Below are positions 54,272-64,000 of a stretch of DNA of 64,000 nt, in pieces. A program made the position numbers and the translations under genes. Source of the stretch: an uncultured delta proteobacterium (GTDB lineage Bacteria > Myxococcota_A > Polyangia > Palsa-1104); assembly GCA_963785725.1 (NCBI GenBank), contig CAWAWS010000017.1, positions 128,001 to 192,000 on the forward strand, written 5' to 3'. The notes under the pieces were generated by a model. The model saw only the letters and a list, made by a program, of their open reading frames with translations. It was not told where the DNA came from and made no database searches. Positions within the stretch are counted from its first letter, which is position 1; every line of letters starts with the position of its first letter.

Positions 54272-54919
54272 GTGATTCGCCTCGACGGCGTCGTCAAGCA
54301 GTACGCCAATCAGGCGGTGCTGCGCGGCATTTCCCTGTCGGTGGCCGCCGGTGAGCTCCTGTCGCTCGTCGGCCGCTCGGGCTCGGGAAAGTCGACGCTG
54401 TTGCACATCATGGGCGGTCTCGATCGTCGCTACGCCGGCCGCGCCGAAGTCCTCGGTCACGACTTGGGCGGCCTCGACGAGCGGCGGCTGGCGCAGTTCC
54501 GCAATCGCGAAGTGGGCTTCATCTTCCAGTCGTTCAACCTGCTCGACCACTTGACGGCGACGGAGAACGTCAAGCTGCCGTCCTATTTCGCCGACGGACC
54601 GGCGCCCGACGACCACCAGCAGGCGCTGGCGGCGCTCGAGCGCGTCGGCATGGCCGACAAGGCGGACGCGCGGCCGTCGCAGCTGTCGGGCGGACAGAAG
54701 CAGCGCGTGGCCATCGCGCGCGCCCTCTTTCATCAGCCGAAGCTGCTCTTGTGCGACGAGCCGACGGGCAACCTCGACTCCGACACCGGGCGGCAGATCA
54801 TCGAGCTGTTTCGCGCGCTCAATCGCGAGGGCCTGACGCTCGTCATCGTCACCCACGAAGAGCGGGTCTCGTCGGTGGCGTCGCGCGTGTTGCGGCTCGA
54901 GGACGGCAGCCTCGTATGA
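54272..54919 (+). CDS. ABC transporter ATP-binding protein (LolD/MacB type)
   Basis: GRSGSGKST, GFIFQSFNL, LSGGQKQRVAIAR and CDEPTGNLD motifs. Confidence 0.95.
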   Translation: MIRLDGVVKQYANQAVLRGISLSVAAGELLSLVGRSGSGKSTLLHIMGGLDRRYAGRAEVLGHDLGGLDERRLAQFRNREVGFIFQSFNLLDHLTATENVKLPSYFADGPAPDDHQQALAALERVGMADKADARPSQLSGGQKQRVAIARALFHQPKLLLCDEPTGNLDSDTGRQIIELFRALNREGLTLVIVTHEERVSSVASRVLRLEDGSLV

Positions 54920-56289
54920 AGACGCGCGCGCTCTTGGCCTTGGTGCGGCAGAACTTGGCGCGCGGTCGCCGCTCGTTCCTGCTGTCGCTGTTCGGCATCA
55001 GCGTCGGCATCGCGTCGCTGGCGTTCTTCTTGGCGCTGTCGGCGGGCGTGCGCTCGGTCGTGCTCGGCCAGGTGTTTCCGGTCGGCCAAGTCGAGGTCGT
55101 GCCGACGAAGTCGTCGCTCGGCGACTCCTCGCTCGGCGGCATCTTCGGCAGCTTGGGCGGACCGAAGCAGCTCGACGACGACGCCTGGCGCCGCCTGAGC
55201 GCGCGTCCCGAGGTCAAAGCCGCCTATCGCCGCGCCAAGCTGGGCTTTCCCTCGCGCGCCTGGGGCGGCCAAGAGATCATCGGCAAGAACTTCTACACCG
55301 AGCTCATCGCCGAAGGCGTCGATCCGGCGGCCATGCAGGGCGACGCGCTCGGCCCCGAACGCTTCGGCGACGATCTCGGCAGCAAGAAGCCGTGCAGCGC
55401 CGACGCCGAATGCACGAACGGCGAATATTGCCCGTGGGACACGCACGCCTGCGAGCCGCCGATCCCGGCCGTCATCTCGCCCTTCATCGTCGAGATGTAC
55501 AACGGCACCATCGCGCAGCAGACGGGTCTGCCCAAAGTCGGCAAGTTCCTCGCCGGCCGTTTGCACGGGCTCACTTTCAACATCGAGCTCGGGCGCAGCT
55601 TCATCGGCGCCGCCAAGAGCAACACCGAGCCGCACCAGCGCAAGGTCATGCTCGTCGGCATCAGCCCGCACGCGGCGCAGCTGGCCTTGACGCTGCCGCT
55701 CGGCTACGTGCAGCGCTGGAATCAGCAGTACAACGGCTCGGCCGCGCTGTCGTCGATCGTGCTCGAGCTCAAGCCGGGCGCCGACGTGACGCGGCTGACG
55801 TCGGTCATTCGCGGCCTCGGCTACGACGTCGCCGACTCGGGCGCCGAGCGCGCCGGCCTGGCGATTCTGCTGGTGACGCTGCTGTTCGCGCTCGTGTCCG
55901 TCGCCACCGTCGCCGTCGCGGCCATCAACATCGCGCACAGCTTCTTCCGCGCCGTCGCCGAACGCCGCCGCGAATTGGGCGTCTTGCGCGCGGTCGGCGC
56001 CTCGCCGGCGGACGTGCGCAGCATCGTGCTCGCCGAAGCCGCCGCCATCGGCCTCGGCGGCGGCGTCGCCGGCCTCGTCCTGGCGCGCCTCGGTGCTTTT
56101 GCCATCGACGCCGCCTCGCGCCGCTTCGTCCCCGATTTTCCTTTCAAGCCCGACAGCTACTTTGCCTTCGGTTGGCCACTTTGCGCCGGAGCGCTTATAT
56201 GTTCGATCCTCGCTTGCATGCTGGGCGCGTTCCTGCCGGCCCGGGCTGCGGCGCGGCTGGAGCCGACCGAAGCATTGGCATCCCCATAA
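54916..56289 (+). CDS. ABC transporter permease (MacB/FtsX type)
   Basis: N-terminal TM ([10 protein letters not shown]), periplasmic domain, [14 protein letters not shown] and [18 protein letters not shown] overlap with the ATPase gene. Confidence 0.92.
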   Translation: MKTRALLALVRQNLARGRRSFLLSLFGISVGIASLAFFLALSAGVRSVVLGQVFPVGQVEVVPTKSSLGDSSLGGIFGSLGGPKQLDDDAWRRLSARPEVKAAYRRAKLGFPSRAWGGQEIIGKNFYTELIAEGVDPAAMQGDALGPERFGDDLGSKKPCSADAECTNGEYCPWDTHACEPPIPAVISPFIVEMYNGTIAQQTGLPKVGKFLAGRLHGLTFNIELGRSFIGAAKSNTEPHQRKVMLVGISPHAAQLALTLPLGYVQRWNQQYNGSAALSSIVLELKPGADVTRLTSVIRGLGYDVADSGAERAGLAILLVTLLFALVSVATVAVAAINIAHSFFRAVAERRRELGVLRAVGASPADVRSIVLAEAAAIGLGGGVAGLVLARLGAFAIDAASRRFVPDFPFKPDSYFAFGWPLCAGALICSILACMLGAFLPARAAARLEPTEALASP

Positions 56290-56299
56290 AGGAGAAACC

Positions 56300-56797
56300 A
56301 TGAAGAAGATTCATTTCGAGACCGACAAAGGCGAGATCATTGCCGAGCTGTTCGAAGACGACGCGCCGGAGACGGTGAAGAACTTCGTCGGCCTGGCGAC
56401 GGGCGAAAAAGAGTGGAAGGACCCGAAGACGGGCGAGAAGACCAAGGGCAAGCCCTACTTCGACGGGCTGCGCTTCCATCGCGTGCTGCCCGACTTCGTC
56501 ATCCAGGGCGGCGATCCGTTCACGCGCTACGACGACCAGAAGGCGCGTTGGGGCACCGGCGGTCCCGGCTTCCAGATCAAGGACGAGCTGTCGGGCACGA
56601 AGCAGGTTCACAAGCGCGGCTCGCTGTCGATGGCGCACGCCGGCGCCAACACGGGCGGCTCGCAGTTCTTCATCTGCCACTCGCCGCAGAAGCACCTCGA
56701 CAAGAAGCACACGGTGTTCGGGCAGGTCATCACCGGCCTCGAAGTCGTCGACAAGATTCAGCCCGGCGATAAAATGATCAAAGTGTGGGTGGAGTAG
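56300..56797 (+). CDS. Cyclophilin-type peptidyl-prolyl cis-trans isomerase
   Basis: [34 protein letters not shown] and [10 protein letters not shown] motifs. Strong SD AAGGAG. Confidence 0.95.
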   Translation: MKKIHFETDKGEIIAELFEDDAPETVKNFVGLATGEKEWKDPKTGEKTKGKPYFDGLRFHRVLPDFVIQGGDPFTRYDDQKARWGTGGPGFQIKDELSGTKQVHKRGSLSMAHAGANTGGSQFFICHSPQKHLDKKHTVFGQVITGLEVVDKIQPGDKMIKVWVE

Positions 56798-56805
56798 CGG
56801 ATCCG

Positions 56806-57369
56806 ATGGCGCTGCCCGGCGACGAGCCTTTGGCCGGGCAGCGCATTTTCGTCGCGTCGCGCCTGGCGTCCGTCGAGCTCTTCGGCGCCGCCGGTCTGCG
56901 CGCCATCGGCGAGCGGCTGCCCGAAGACGCGCGCCGGCTCGTCGACAGCGCGCTCGTCGAAGAGCCGTGGCTGCCCGAGCGCTTCGTCATGGCGTGGCAA
57001 GAGGCGGTTTGGACGGGCCCGGCGCAGCTCGACGATGCCCTCTTTCGCCGATGGATTCACCAGACGATCTCGCTCGGCTTCGGTCGCGTGCGCCGCTTGC
57101 TGGTGAACTTGGTGACGCCGGCGACGCTGTGCGTGCGCGCGGCCGAGCTGTGGACCGAAGAGCACACGCACGGGTCGATCACCGCCGAGCCGCGGGGCCA
57201 AGAGGTCACCATTCGCCTGCGCGAGCATCCCTACACCGAGCGGGCGATCGCGCGCATGGTGCTGGCCGAGGGCCTGCGCCACGCGGCCAGCCTGACGCGC
57301 GCCAAGTCGGTGACCGAGACGCATCACATGGACGGCAACGTGCTCGAGGTGCGGCTGAATTGGCGCTGA
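56806..57369 (+). CDS. Hypothetical protein (possibly V4R/DUF2378-like myxobacterial family)
   Basis: Follows the PPIase by 8 nt. WLP...W...G pattern and C-terminal W; the family assignment is tentative. Confidence 0.6.
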   Translation: MALPGDEPLAGQRIFVASRLASVELFGAAGLRAIGERLPEDARRLVDSALVEEPWLPERFVMAWQEAVWTGPAQLDDALFRRWIHQTISLGFGRVRRLLVNLVTPATLCVRAAELWTEEHTHGSITAEPRGQEVTIRLREHPYTERAIARMVLAEGLRHAASLTRAKSVTETHHMDGNVLEVRLNWR

Positions 57370-57391
57370 CGCGCGCTAAGTAAACGCGCGT

Positions 57392-57955
57392 TTACTTCTT
57401 GCCGTAGCGGAAGCAGGTCGTCACGTGGTCGTTGACGAGCCCGCAGGCCTGCATCCACGCGTAGACGATGGTCGGCCCCACGAACTTGAAGCCGCGCTGT
57501 TTCAAGGCTTTCGACAGCGCCTTCGATTCGGGGCTCTCGGGACGGATGTCGGCCAGCGACTTGGGGCTGTTGACCTGCGGCTTGCCGTCGACGAAGGACC
57601 AGCAGAATTTCGCGAAGTCTTCGCCCGCCGCGTCCATCGCCAGATAGGCCTTGGCGTTGCTGATGGTCGCTTCGATCTTGCCGCGATGGCGCACGATGCC
57701 GGCGTCGCCGAGGAGCCGCGTGACGTCGCGCGCGCCGAAGCGGGCGATCTTCTCGGGCTCGAAGCCGGCGAAGGCGCTGCGAAAGGCGTCGCGCTTGCGC
57801 AAGATCGTGATCCAGGCGAGGCCGGCCTGAAAGCCGTCGAGCATGAGCTTCTCGAAGAGCGCGCGGCCGTCGCGCTCCGGTCGGCCCCATTCGTCGTCGT
57901 GGTAAGCGGTGTAGAGCGGATCGTCGGCCGTGGCCCAAGCGCAGCGTGTTTTCAT
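57392..57955 (-). CDS. tag: DNA-3-methyladenine glycosylase I
   Basis: RCAWA, YHDDEWG, FQAGLAWITILRKR, GIVRHRGKI, GFKFVGPT and GLVNDH...C motifs. Confidence 0.95.
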   Translation of the reverse strand: MKTRCAWATADDPLYTAYHDDEWGRPERDGRALFEKLMLDGFQAGLAWITILRKRDAFRSAFAGFEPEKIARFGARDVTRLLGDAGIVRHRGKIEATISNAKAYLAMDAAGEDFAKFCWSFVDGKPQVNSPKSLADIRPESPESKALSKALKQRGFKFVGPTIVYAWMQACGLVNDHVTTCFRYGKK

Positions 57956-59586
57956 GACCATTTTCGGCGGCGCACGAGCCAGCAGGCGGCCGCGAGGAGG
58001 GCGAGCTCGGCGGCGGCGGACGCGCTCGCGCCGCCGGCGCTGCAGTCGAGCCCGCGGTTGACGGCGCCGCCGACGAACGTCGACGTGCCGTTGACGCTGG
58101 ACGGCGCCAAGAGCGAGCGCACGTTGCTGCCGTCGCGGCTGGCGATCATCAAGCCGCCGCCGCTGGGCACGTCGTTGGCGGCGAGCTGCGTCCACAAGAT
58201 CTGCTTGCCGTTGGCGACCCAGATGGGGCCGAGGTCGTCGACGCCGGGCGCCGAGCCGATGAAGCGCGAAGGCTGCACGCTGCCGTCGACGGGCACGAGG
58301 AAGATGTCGCTCGTCGTGCCGTCGGTCTCGATCGCGGCCAACGCCAGCGTGTTGCCGTCGGGCGACGGGGCAAAGTCCCAGGCGAAGCTGCCGACCGGCT
58401 CGGCCGCCAGCGTCGTCGCCGCCGTCGTCGAGCAGCTGTTGCCGGCCAGGCGGTAGAGCTCGATGGCGCCGGCGGGGTTGGAGAAACGGCTGTGCACGCC
58501 GCCCGACACAATCCAGCTGGTGCCCACTCGGTCGAACTGCGTGATGACGCCGAGCGAGGTCGCGTCGGTCGCTTGCGGGCAGTCGACGAGCATGGCCCGC
58601 AAGCTGTCGTTGCTGCCGTCGCCGTTGTCGAGGTCGGGCGCCGAGACCAGCTGCAGCTCCGGCGTGTCCGTCGTCGACGCGTTCTCGACCCAGGCGACGG
58701 TGGTGCCGTCGAGCCAAACGGGCGGCTCGCGCTCGAGCGCCGCCGCGCTGCGCAGCACATGACGCGCGCTGCCGTCGACGCCGGCGGTCACGAGCGCCGC
58801 CGGCTGGCCGCCTTCGATCCAGGCCACGCGCGTGCCGTCGGGCGAGAAGCGCGGCACCAAATGATCGAGCGTCGGCGTCGTGTCGAGCCGCACCGGCGGC
58901 GCCGTCGTGCAATCGCCGCTCGCGTTGGTCGCCAGCAGCTGCTTGGAGGCCGGCGAAACCTGCGCGAATACGGCCAGCGGCTCGACGTTGCCCATGGGCG
59001 TCGCCGGGTAGAAGACGCGTGTGCCGACGCCTTCCGGATTGTCACCGTAGTAGGTCTTGTTGCCGGCGCCGGCGTCGCCTTTGTCGGCGATGAGGACCGG
59101 GCAGCCGACGGCGTGCGCGCCGGTGCCGTCGGACTGCACGACGCCGAGGACGAAGCTGTCGCCGCCGGCCGCGAACGTCTCCTGCCGATAAAAGACGGGC
59201 AGCGTCGGCACGGTGACCGTCGCCGTCGTCATGCTGGTGGCGCCGCTCGGCGTCGTGACCGTCAGCGCCACCGTGTAATCGCCGCCGCGATCGCCGACGA
59301 ACGTGAACGTCGGGTTGCTGCCGCCGCCCGTCACCATCGAGCCGCTCGGCGTCGCGACGACGCTCCAGGCGTAGGTGAGCGCGCGGCCGGCCGGATCGCT
59401 CGATCCCGAGCCGTCGAGCGCCGTCACCAAGCCGACATAATCGGGCGTGCTGGTAACGAGGGCGACGGGCAGCACGTTGGCGCCGACGTCGCCGCCGCCG
59501 GCGCCGCTGCCGCCCGGCGCGTGCTGGGCCGACGAGCTGTTGCATCCGATCGCCGCTAAAGGCAGGAGCCAACACCAAATTCGCAT
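57952..59586 (-). CDS. Lipoprotein with PKD/REJ-like domain, TolB-like beta-propeller and MYXO-CTERM-like tail
   Basis: Lipobox LAAIGC; LDGSGSSDP...LTYAWS; FSPDG and PSPDG propeller blades; C-terminal DCSAGG-hydrophobic-RRRK. Confidence 0.75.
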   Translation of the reverse strand: MRIWCWLLPLAAIGCNSSSAQHAPGGSGAGGGDVGANVLPVALVTSTPDYVGLVTALDGSGSSDPAGRALTYAWSVVATPSGSMVTGGGSNPTFTFVGDRGGDYTVALTVTTPSGATSMTTATVTVPTLPVFYRQETFAAGGDSFVLGVVQSDGTGAHAVGCPVLIADKGDAGAGNKTYYGDNPEGVGTRVFYPATPMGNVEPLAVFAQVSPASKQLLATNASGDCTTAPPVRLDTTPTLDHLVPRFSPDGTRVAWIEGGQPAALVTAGVDGSARHVLRSAAALEREPPVWLDGTTVAWVENASTTDTPELQLVSAPDLDNGDGSNDSLRAMLVDCPQATDATSLGVITQFDRVGTSWIVSGGVHSRFSNPAGAIELYRLAGNSCSTTAATTLAAEPVGSFAWDFAPSPDGNTLALAAIETDGTTSDIFLVPVDGSVQPSRFIGSAPGVDDLGPIWVANGKQILWTQLAANDVPSGGGLMIASRDGSNVRSLLAPSSVNGTSTFVGGAVNRGLDCSAGGASASAAAELALLAAACWLVRRRKWS

Positions 59587-59633
59587 TGCCGCGCCATTGT
59601 ATCATCTGCGGCGCGAATTATTTTTGCGGGCGC

Positions 59634-59660
59634 TGTCGATCCGGACCGCCTTCGTTCGAC
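59634..59660 (+). promoter_or_regulatory. Putative ECF42-type promoter
   Basis: TGTCGA (59634-59639), a 17-nt spacer and CGAC (59657-59660) upstream of the DGPF gene. This matches the TGTCGA / CG(A/T)C motif I recall for ECF42. Confidence 0.65.
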
Positions 59661-59694
59661 TAAGCAGCAGACACTCACCAACCGGGAGGCCACC

Positions 59695-60051
59695 ATGCAG
59701 TACTTGCTGTTGATCTACGAGAACGAGAAGCGTTGGGGCGACATGTCCGAGGCCAAGCGCAACGGCGAAATGGCCGAATATGGGACGTTTACGCAGTCGA
59801 TCATCGACTCCAAGGAGATGCTGGGCGGCAACGCGCTGCAGCCGACGACGACGGCGACGACCGTGCGCGTGCGCGACGGCAAGCGGCTGACGACGGATGG
59901 TCCGTTCGCCGAGACCAAGGAGCAGCTGGGCGGCTATTACCTCATCGAAGCCAAGGATCTGGACGCCGCCATCGCCGTCGCGGCGCGGATTCCGTCGGCG
60001 CGGGCGGGCGCGATCGAGATTCGGCCGATCATGGACACGACCGGCATGTAG
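59695..60051 (+). CDS. YciI/DGPF family protein
   Basis: TDGPFAETKEQLGGYY and IEIRP motifs, with SD GGGAGG. Confidence 0.93.
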   Translation: MQYLLLIYENEKRWGDMSEAKRNGEMAEYGTFTQSIIDSKEMLGGNALQPTTTATTVRVRDGKRLTTDGPFAETKEQLGGYYLIEAKDLDAAIAVAARIPSARAGAIEIRPIMDTTGM

Positions 60052-60080
60052 CTGCCTCTCAGTCGGGCTACGATCTACGC

Positions 60081-61337
60081 GTGATGACGGCGAGCCCGGA
60101 AGCGGCGGCGCAAGCGGTCGAGCGGCTGTGGCGGCAAGAGTGGGGACGCATCGTCGCCGCGCTCATTCGGCTCGTCGGTGACTTCGACGTGGCCGAGGAG
60201 GCGGCGCAAGAGGCGTTCGCGCTCGCCGTCGACGAGTGGGCGCGCGCCGGCGTGCCGACGCAGCCGCGCGCGTGGATCGTGGCCACGGCGCGTCATAAAG
60301 CGATCGATCGCCTGCGCCGGCGCGCGCGGCTGGCGCAGAAGCTGACGACGATCGCCGTCGGCGACGAGGACGAAGCCGCTTTCGATCCCGAACGGGCGGA
60401 GGATGACGTGCCCGACGAGCGCTTGCGGCTGATCTTCACCTGCTGCCACCCGGCGTTGGCGCTCGAAGCCCAAGTGGCGCTGACGCTGCGGACGTTGTGC
60501 GGCCTGTCGACGGAGGAGATCGCGCGCGCGTTCCTCTTGCCGGCGACGACGATGGCGCAGCGGCTGGTGCGCGCCAAAGCCAAGATTCGCCAGGCGGCCA
60601 TTCCCTATCGCGTGCCGGCGGCGGCGGAGCTGCCGGAGCGGCTGGACGCGGTCATGGCGGTCGTCTACCTGGCGTTCAACGAGGGTTTCGCGGCCGCGCA
60701 GGGGCAGACGCTGCTGCGGCAGGACTTATGCGCGGAGGCGATTCGGCTCGCCCGCTGGCTGCGTCTGCTCCTGCCGGCGACGACGCCCGAGCTCGACGGC
60801 CTTTTGGCGCTCATGCTGCTGCACGACGCCCGCCGGCTCGCCCGCGTCGACGCGGCCGGCGACCTGGTGCTGCTCGAGGAGCAAGATCGCAGCCTGTGGG
60901 ATCGCGCCGCCATCGACGAAGGGCGCACGATCTTGCGCGCGGCGCTGACGCTCGGTCGTCCCGGGCCCTATCTGCTGCAGGCGGCGATCGCGGCCGTGCA
61001 CGGCGAGGCGACGCGCGCCGCCGACACCGACTGGCGCCAGATCGTCGCGCTCTACGATCGGCTGCTGCAGCTGCATCCGTCGCCGGTGGTCGCGCTCAAT
61101 CGCGCCGCCGCCGTCGCCATGGCCGAAGGCGCCGCGGTCGGCCTGCCGCTCGTCGATGTGCTGGCCGATTCGCTGGCCGATTACCACCTGTTTCACGCGG
61201 CGCGCGCCGACCTGCTGCGCCGCCTCCATCGCCTGGACGAGGCCGCGAACGCCTACGAAGCCGCGCACATGCGCGCGACGAACGAGGCCGAGCGCCGCTT
61301 CTTGCAGCGCCGGCTCACTTCGCTGCGGGCGCCGTAG
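60081..61337 (+). CDS. ECF sigma factor with TPR C-terminal extension (ECF42 group)
   Basis: AEEAAQEAF, AW...ARHKAID, DERLRLIFTCCHPAL, QRLVRAK, QDRSLWD and GPYLLQAAIAA motifs. Adjacent to a DGPF gene. Confidence 0.92.
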   Translation: MMTASPEAAAQAVERLWRQEWGRIVAALIRLVGDFDVAEEAAQEAFALAVDEWARAGVPTQPRAWIVATARHKAIDRLRRRARLAQKLTTIAVGDEDEAAFDPERAEDDVPDERLRLIFTCCHPALALEAQVALTLRTLCGLSTEEIARAFLLPATTMAQRLVRAKAKIRQAAIPYRVPAAAELPERLDAVMAVVYLAFNEGFAAAQGQTLLRQDLCAEAIRLARWLRLLLPATTPELDGLLALMLLHDARRLARVDAAGDLVLLEEQDRSLWDRAAIDEGRTILRAALTLGRPGPYLLQAAIAAVHGEATRAADTDWRQIVALYDRLLQLHPSPVVALNRAAAVAMAEGAAVGLPLVDVLADSLADYHLFHAARADLLRRLHRLDEAANAYEAAHMRATNEAERRFLQRRLTSLRAP

Positions 61338-62082
61338 CCTTCGCCGCAGGCGCCGGCTCGGCCGGCGTGGCTGCGGGCGGCGCCGACGCCAGCTGCGGAA
61401 TTAGCAGGATCTCGATGCGCCGATCGTGGGCCCGATCCATGCCGCGCGAGTGGTACTGCGAGTAGCCCGCCGCCGTCAGCTTGCGCGGATCGACGCCCAC
61501 TTGGTCGACGAGGAAGTGCACGACGTCGACCGCCCGCGCCGTCGACAGCTCCCAGTTCGACGGGAAGCGCGCCGTATGAATGGGCGCGTCATCGGTGTGC
61601 CCGCCGACGAGGATCTGCTTGTCCGTCAAGGGTTTCAGCACGTCACCGACGCGTCCGAGCACCTCTTTGCCGTGCTTCGACAGCTCGGCCTCGCCCGACG
61701 AGAACAGGATCTCGTCCGCGAGCCGAACCGTCACGACGCCCGCGCCGGACGACACCTCGCCCTCTTTGGCATCGATGCGCTTGCGCAGCTCGTCCATGAG
61801 CTTCTGCTGCTCGTCGAGGTGCGCCTTTTGGTCGAGATCGGCCGCCGCCTTCTCGCTCACGTGCGTCGCCAGCTGCTGCAACGTGGCTGCCGTCGACGCC
61901 CGATCGCTGTCCACGTCGTTCAGGAGCGCCTGCGAGCGGAAATAGCTCTGGCGGAACTCGGCCGCCTCGTCGCGGGCGCGCGCCAATTCCGCCCGGCCGC
62001 GGTGATGCGCCTCTTTGCCCGACAAAAGGACGGTCGCGCACAACACCGCCATCAGCAGCGTCAGGAGCCACGGCAGTCGCAT
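61315..62082 (-). CDS. OmpA/MotB family peptidoglycan-binding protein
   Basis: N-terminal TM, coiled coil, ILFSSG, GHTDD, SNWELSTARA and RRIEI. Confidence 0.9.
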   Translation of the reverse strand: MRLPWLLTLLMAVLCATVLLSGKEAHHRGRAELARARDEAAEFRQSYFRSQALLNDVDSDRASTAATLQQLATHVSEKAAADLDQKAHLDEQQKLMDELRKRIDAKEGEVSSGAGVVTVRLADEILFSSGEAELSKHGKEVLGRVGDVLKPLTDKQILVGGHTDDAPIHTARFPSNWELSTARAVDVVHFLVDQVGVDPRKLTAAGYSQYHSRGMDRAHDRRIEILLIPQLASAPPAATPAEPAPAAKATAPAAK

Positions 62083-62088
62083 CCGACG

Positions 62089-62098
62089 ATGGTACAAT
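62089..62098. promoter_or_regulatory. Overlapping divergent -10 elements (bidirectional promoter)
   Basis: ATGGTACAAT gives TACAAT on + and TACCAT on -, each 6 nt from the respective ATG (62105 and 62082). Confidence 0.65.
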
Positions 62099-62104
62099 AT
62101 CAGG

Positions 62105-62788
62105 ATGGAGGACGCTCGCCTTTGGCCGCTCGTCGCGCTCGGTGCCGCCGCCGGCCTCATCGGCCTCTTGCCGATCTTGTGGATCGTCAAGCGCGCCGGT
62201 CGCGGCTTGGCGCGCCGGCCGCAACCGCCGGTGTCGGGCGGCCGCTACGTCTTGGCGGTCGTGACGTCGCTGGTGCTGCTCGCCTGCGCGTTCGCGGCGC
62301 TGTCGCTGGTGGCCATGTTGTCGACGTGGAGCGCGTTCACGAAGAAGACGCACGTCGCGGAGATCCAGAGCTTCGAGCTCGGTCCGCACAAGCTGCGCGT
62401 CTATCTCGTGCCCATCGAGCATGACGGCGTGCGCGGCGCGACCGAGATCTACGACCTCGACGGCGATCAATGGCAGGTCGGCGGCGACGTCTTGCGCTTC
62501 CGCCCGTCGCTGACGGCGCTCGGCGTCGACACCGTCTTCCGGCTGACCCGCGTCGAAGGGCGCTGGAACGCCGCCGCCGACGCCAACAGCCACAAAGGCT
62601 CGGCCTTCGACCGCGCGCCGCCGTCGACGATGTGGACGCGGCTCTACCGCGACGCCGACCGCGCGCCCTTGCGCTGGCTCGTCGCCGGCGCGCACGGTCA
62701 GTCAGTCTCGCAACTGCCCGACCGGCGCGCCGTCTTCGACTTGTATGTCACGCCGAACGGCTACGTCCTCGACAAACGCAGCCTGTAG
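62105..62788 (+). CDS. Hypothetical membrane protein
   Basis: Two TM helices followed by a soluble domain containing YDLDGDQW...RLTRVEGR. Confidence 0.7.
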   Translation: MEDARLWPLVALGAAAGLIGLLPILWIVKRAGRGLARRPQPPVSGGRYVLAVVTSLVLLACAFAALSLVAMLSTWSAFTKKTHVAEIQSFELGPHKLRVYLVPIEHDGVRGATEIYDLDGDQWQVGGDVLRFRPSLTALGVDTVFRLTRVEGRWNAAADANSHKGSAFDRAPPSTMWTRLYRDADRAPLRWLVAGAHGQSVSQLPDRRAVFDLYVTPNGYVLDKRSL

Positions 62789-62809
62789 ATCTGCTAGCGC
62801 AAAGTGACG

Positions 62810-63073
62810 TCAGGTCTCGGGATCGACGATCACTTCGCCGTCGATGGCGCCGTCTTCCAGCGCCTCTTTCAGCTCTTCGGTCGCGTTTTCGACCTCGTCG
62901 ATGGGCACGGCCACGAAAAAGGACCCCATTTGCGACGTCGCCGGTAGTACATGTTGCGTGCGGTCGAGGACGACTGCCTCGATGCCGGCCGGCTTCAATA
63001 CTTCGTCGATCGCCGTCTGCGCGCCGAGCGCATCCGCCGTTCGAAAGATCTCCACCATCTCGTCCTCGGTCAT
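62810..63073 (-). CDS. Small acidic protein, DUF2007-like
   Basis: L..AGIEAVV...VAVP..E...A.E.L pattern and an upstream SD GGAGG. Confidence 0.65.
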   Translation of the reverse strand: MTEDEMVEIFRTADALGAQTAIDEVLKPAGIEAVVLDRTQHVLPATSQMGSFFVAVPIDEVENATEELKEALEDGAIDGEVIVDPET

Positions 63074-63159
63074 TAAAAATGCCTCCAGTCAGGCTACTTT
63101 GAGAGCACCAACCTACAGTTTATGGTAAACCACGAACACAAGTTGTACGCGCGAGGCTG

Positions 63160-64000
<841 letters not shown>

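Overview
High-GC, gene-dense chromosomal window, very probably from a Myxococcota (myxobacteria-like) genome. The taxonomy is inferred from three Hanks-type Ser/Thr kinases, MglA- and MglB-like proteins, a GltJ/AgmX-like protein, a MYXO-CTERM-like tail and Cys-rich lipoproteins. About 53 protein-coding genes can be supported. I saw no rRNA, tRNA, CRISPR array, transposase or integrase. Recognisable core functions: pntAB, threonine deaminase, ttcA, a cysteine desulfurase-thiI pair, hemW-hrcA-grpE-dnaK-dnaJ, hsp20-lon, larBC, a MacB/LolCDE-type ABC transporter, a cyclophilin, tag and an ECF42 sigma with its DGPF/YciI partner. About 13 genes are broken by single-base indels, mostly insertions, which look like long-read errors rather than pseudogenes. 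Most interesting observations: (1) a full-length Thg1-family 3'-5' polymerase homologue that has lost both catalytic aspartates and sits behind a palindromic operator-like site; (2) a divergent MglB-like gene followed by a tightly packed Hsp20-Lon-MglA-like GTPase-histidine kinase-CNNM-CNNM run and then larBC; (3) a sensor with a His-phosphotransfer domain but no ATP-binding domain, coupled to a complete kinase; (4) widespread leaderless and bidirectional -10 promoters; (5) a repeated TAAGTAAAC-N4-GTTTAC palindrome at two convergent gene ends. All family assignments come from motif recognition by eye; no database search was run.
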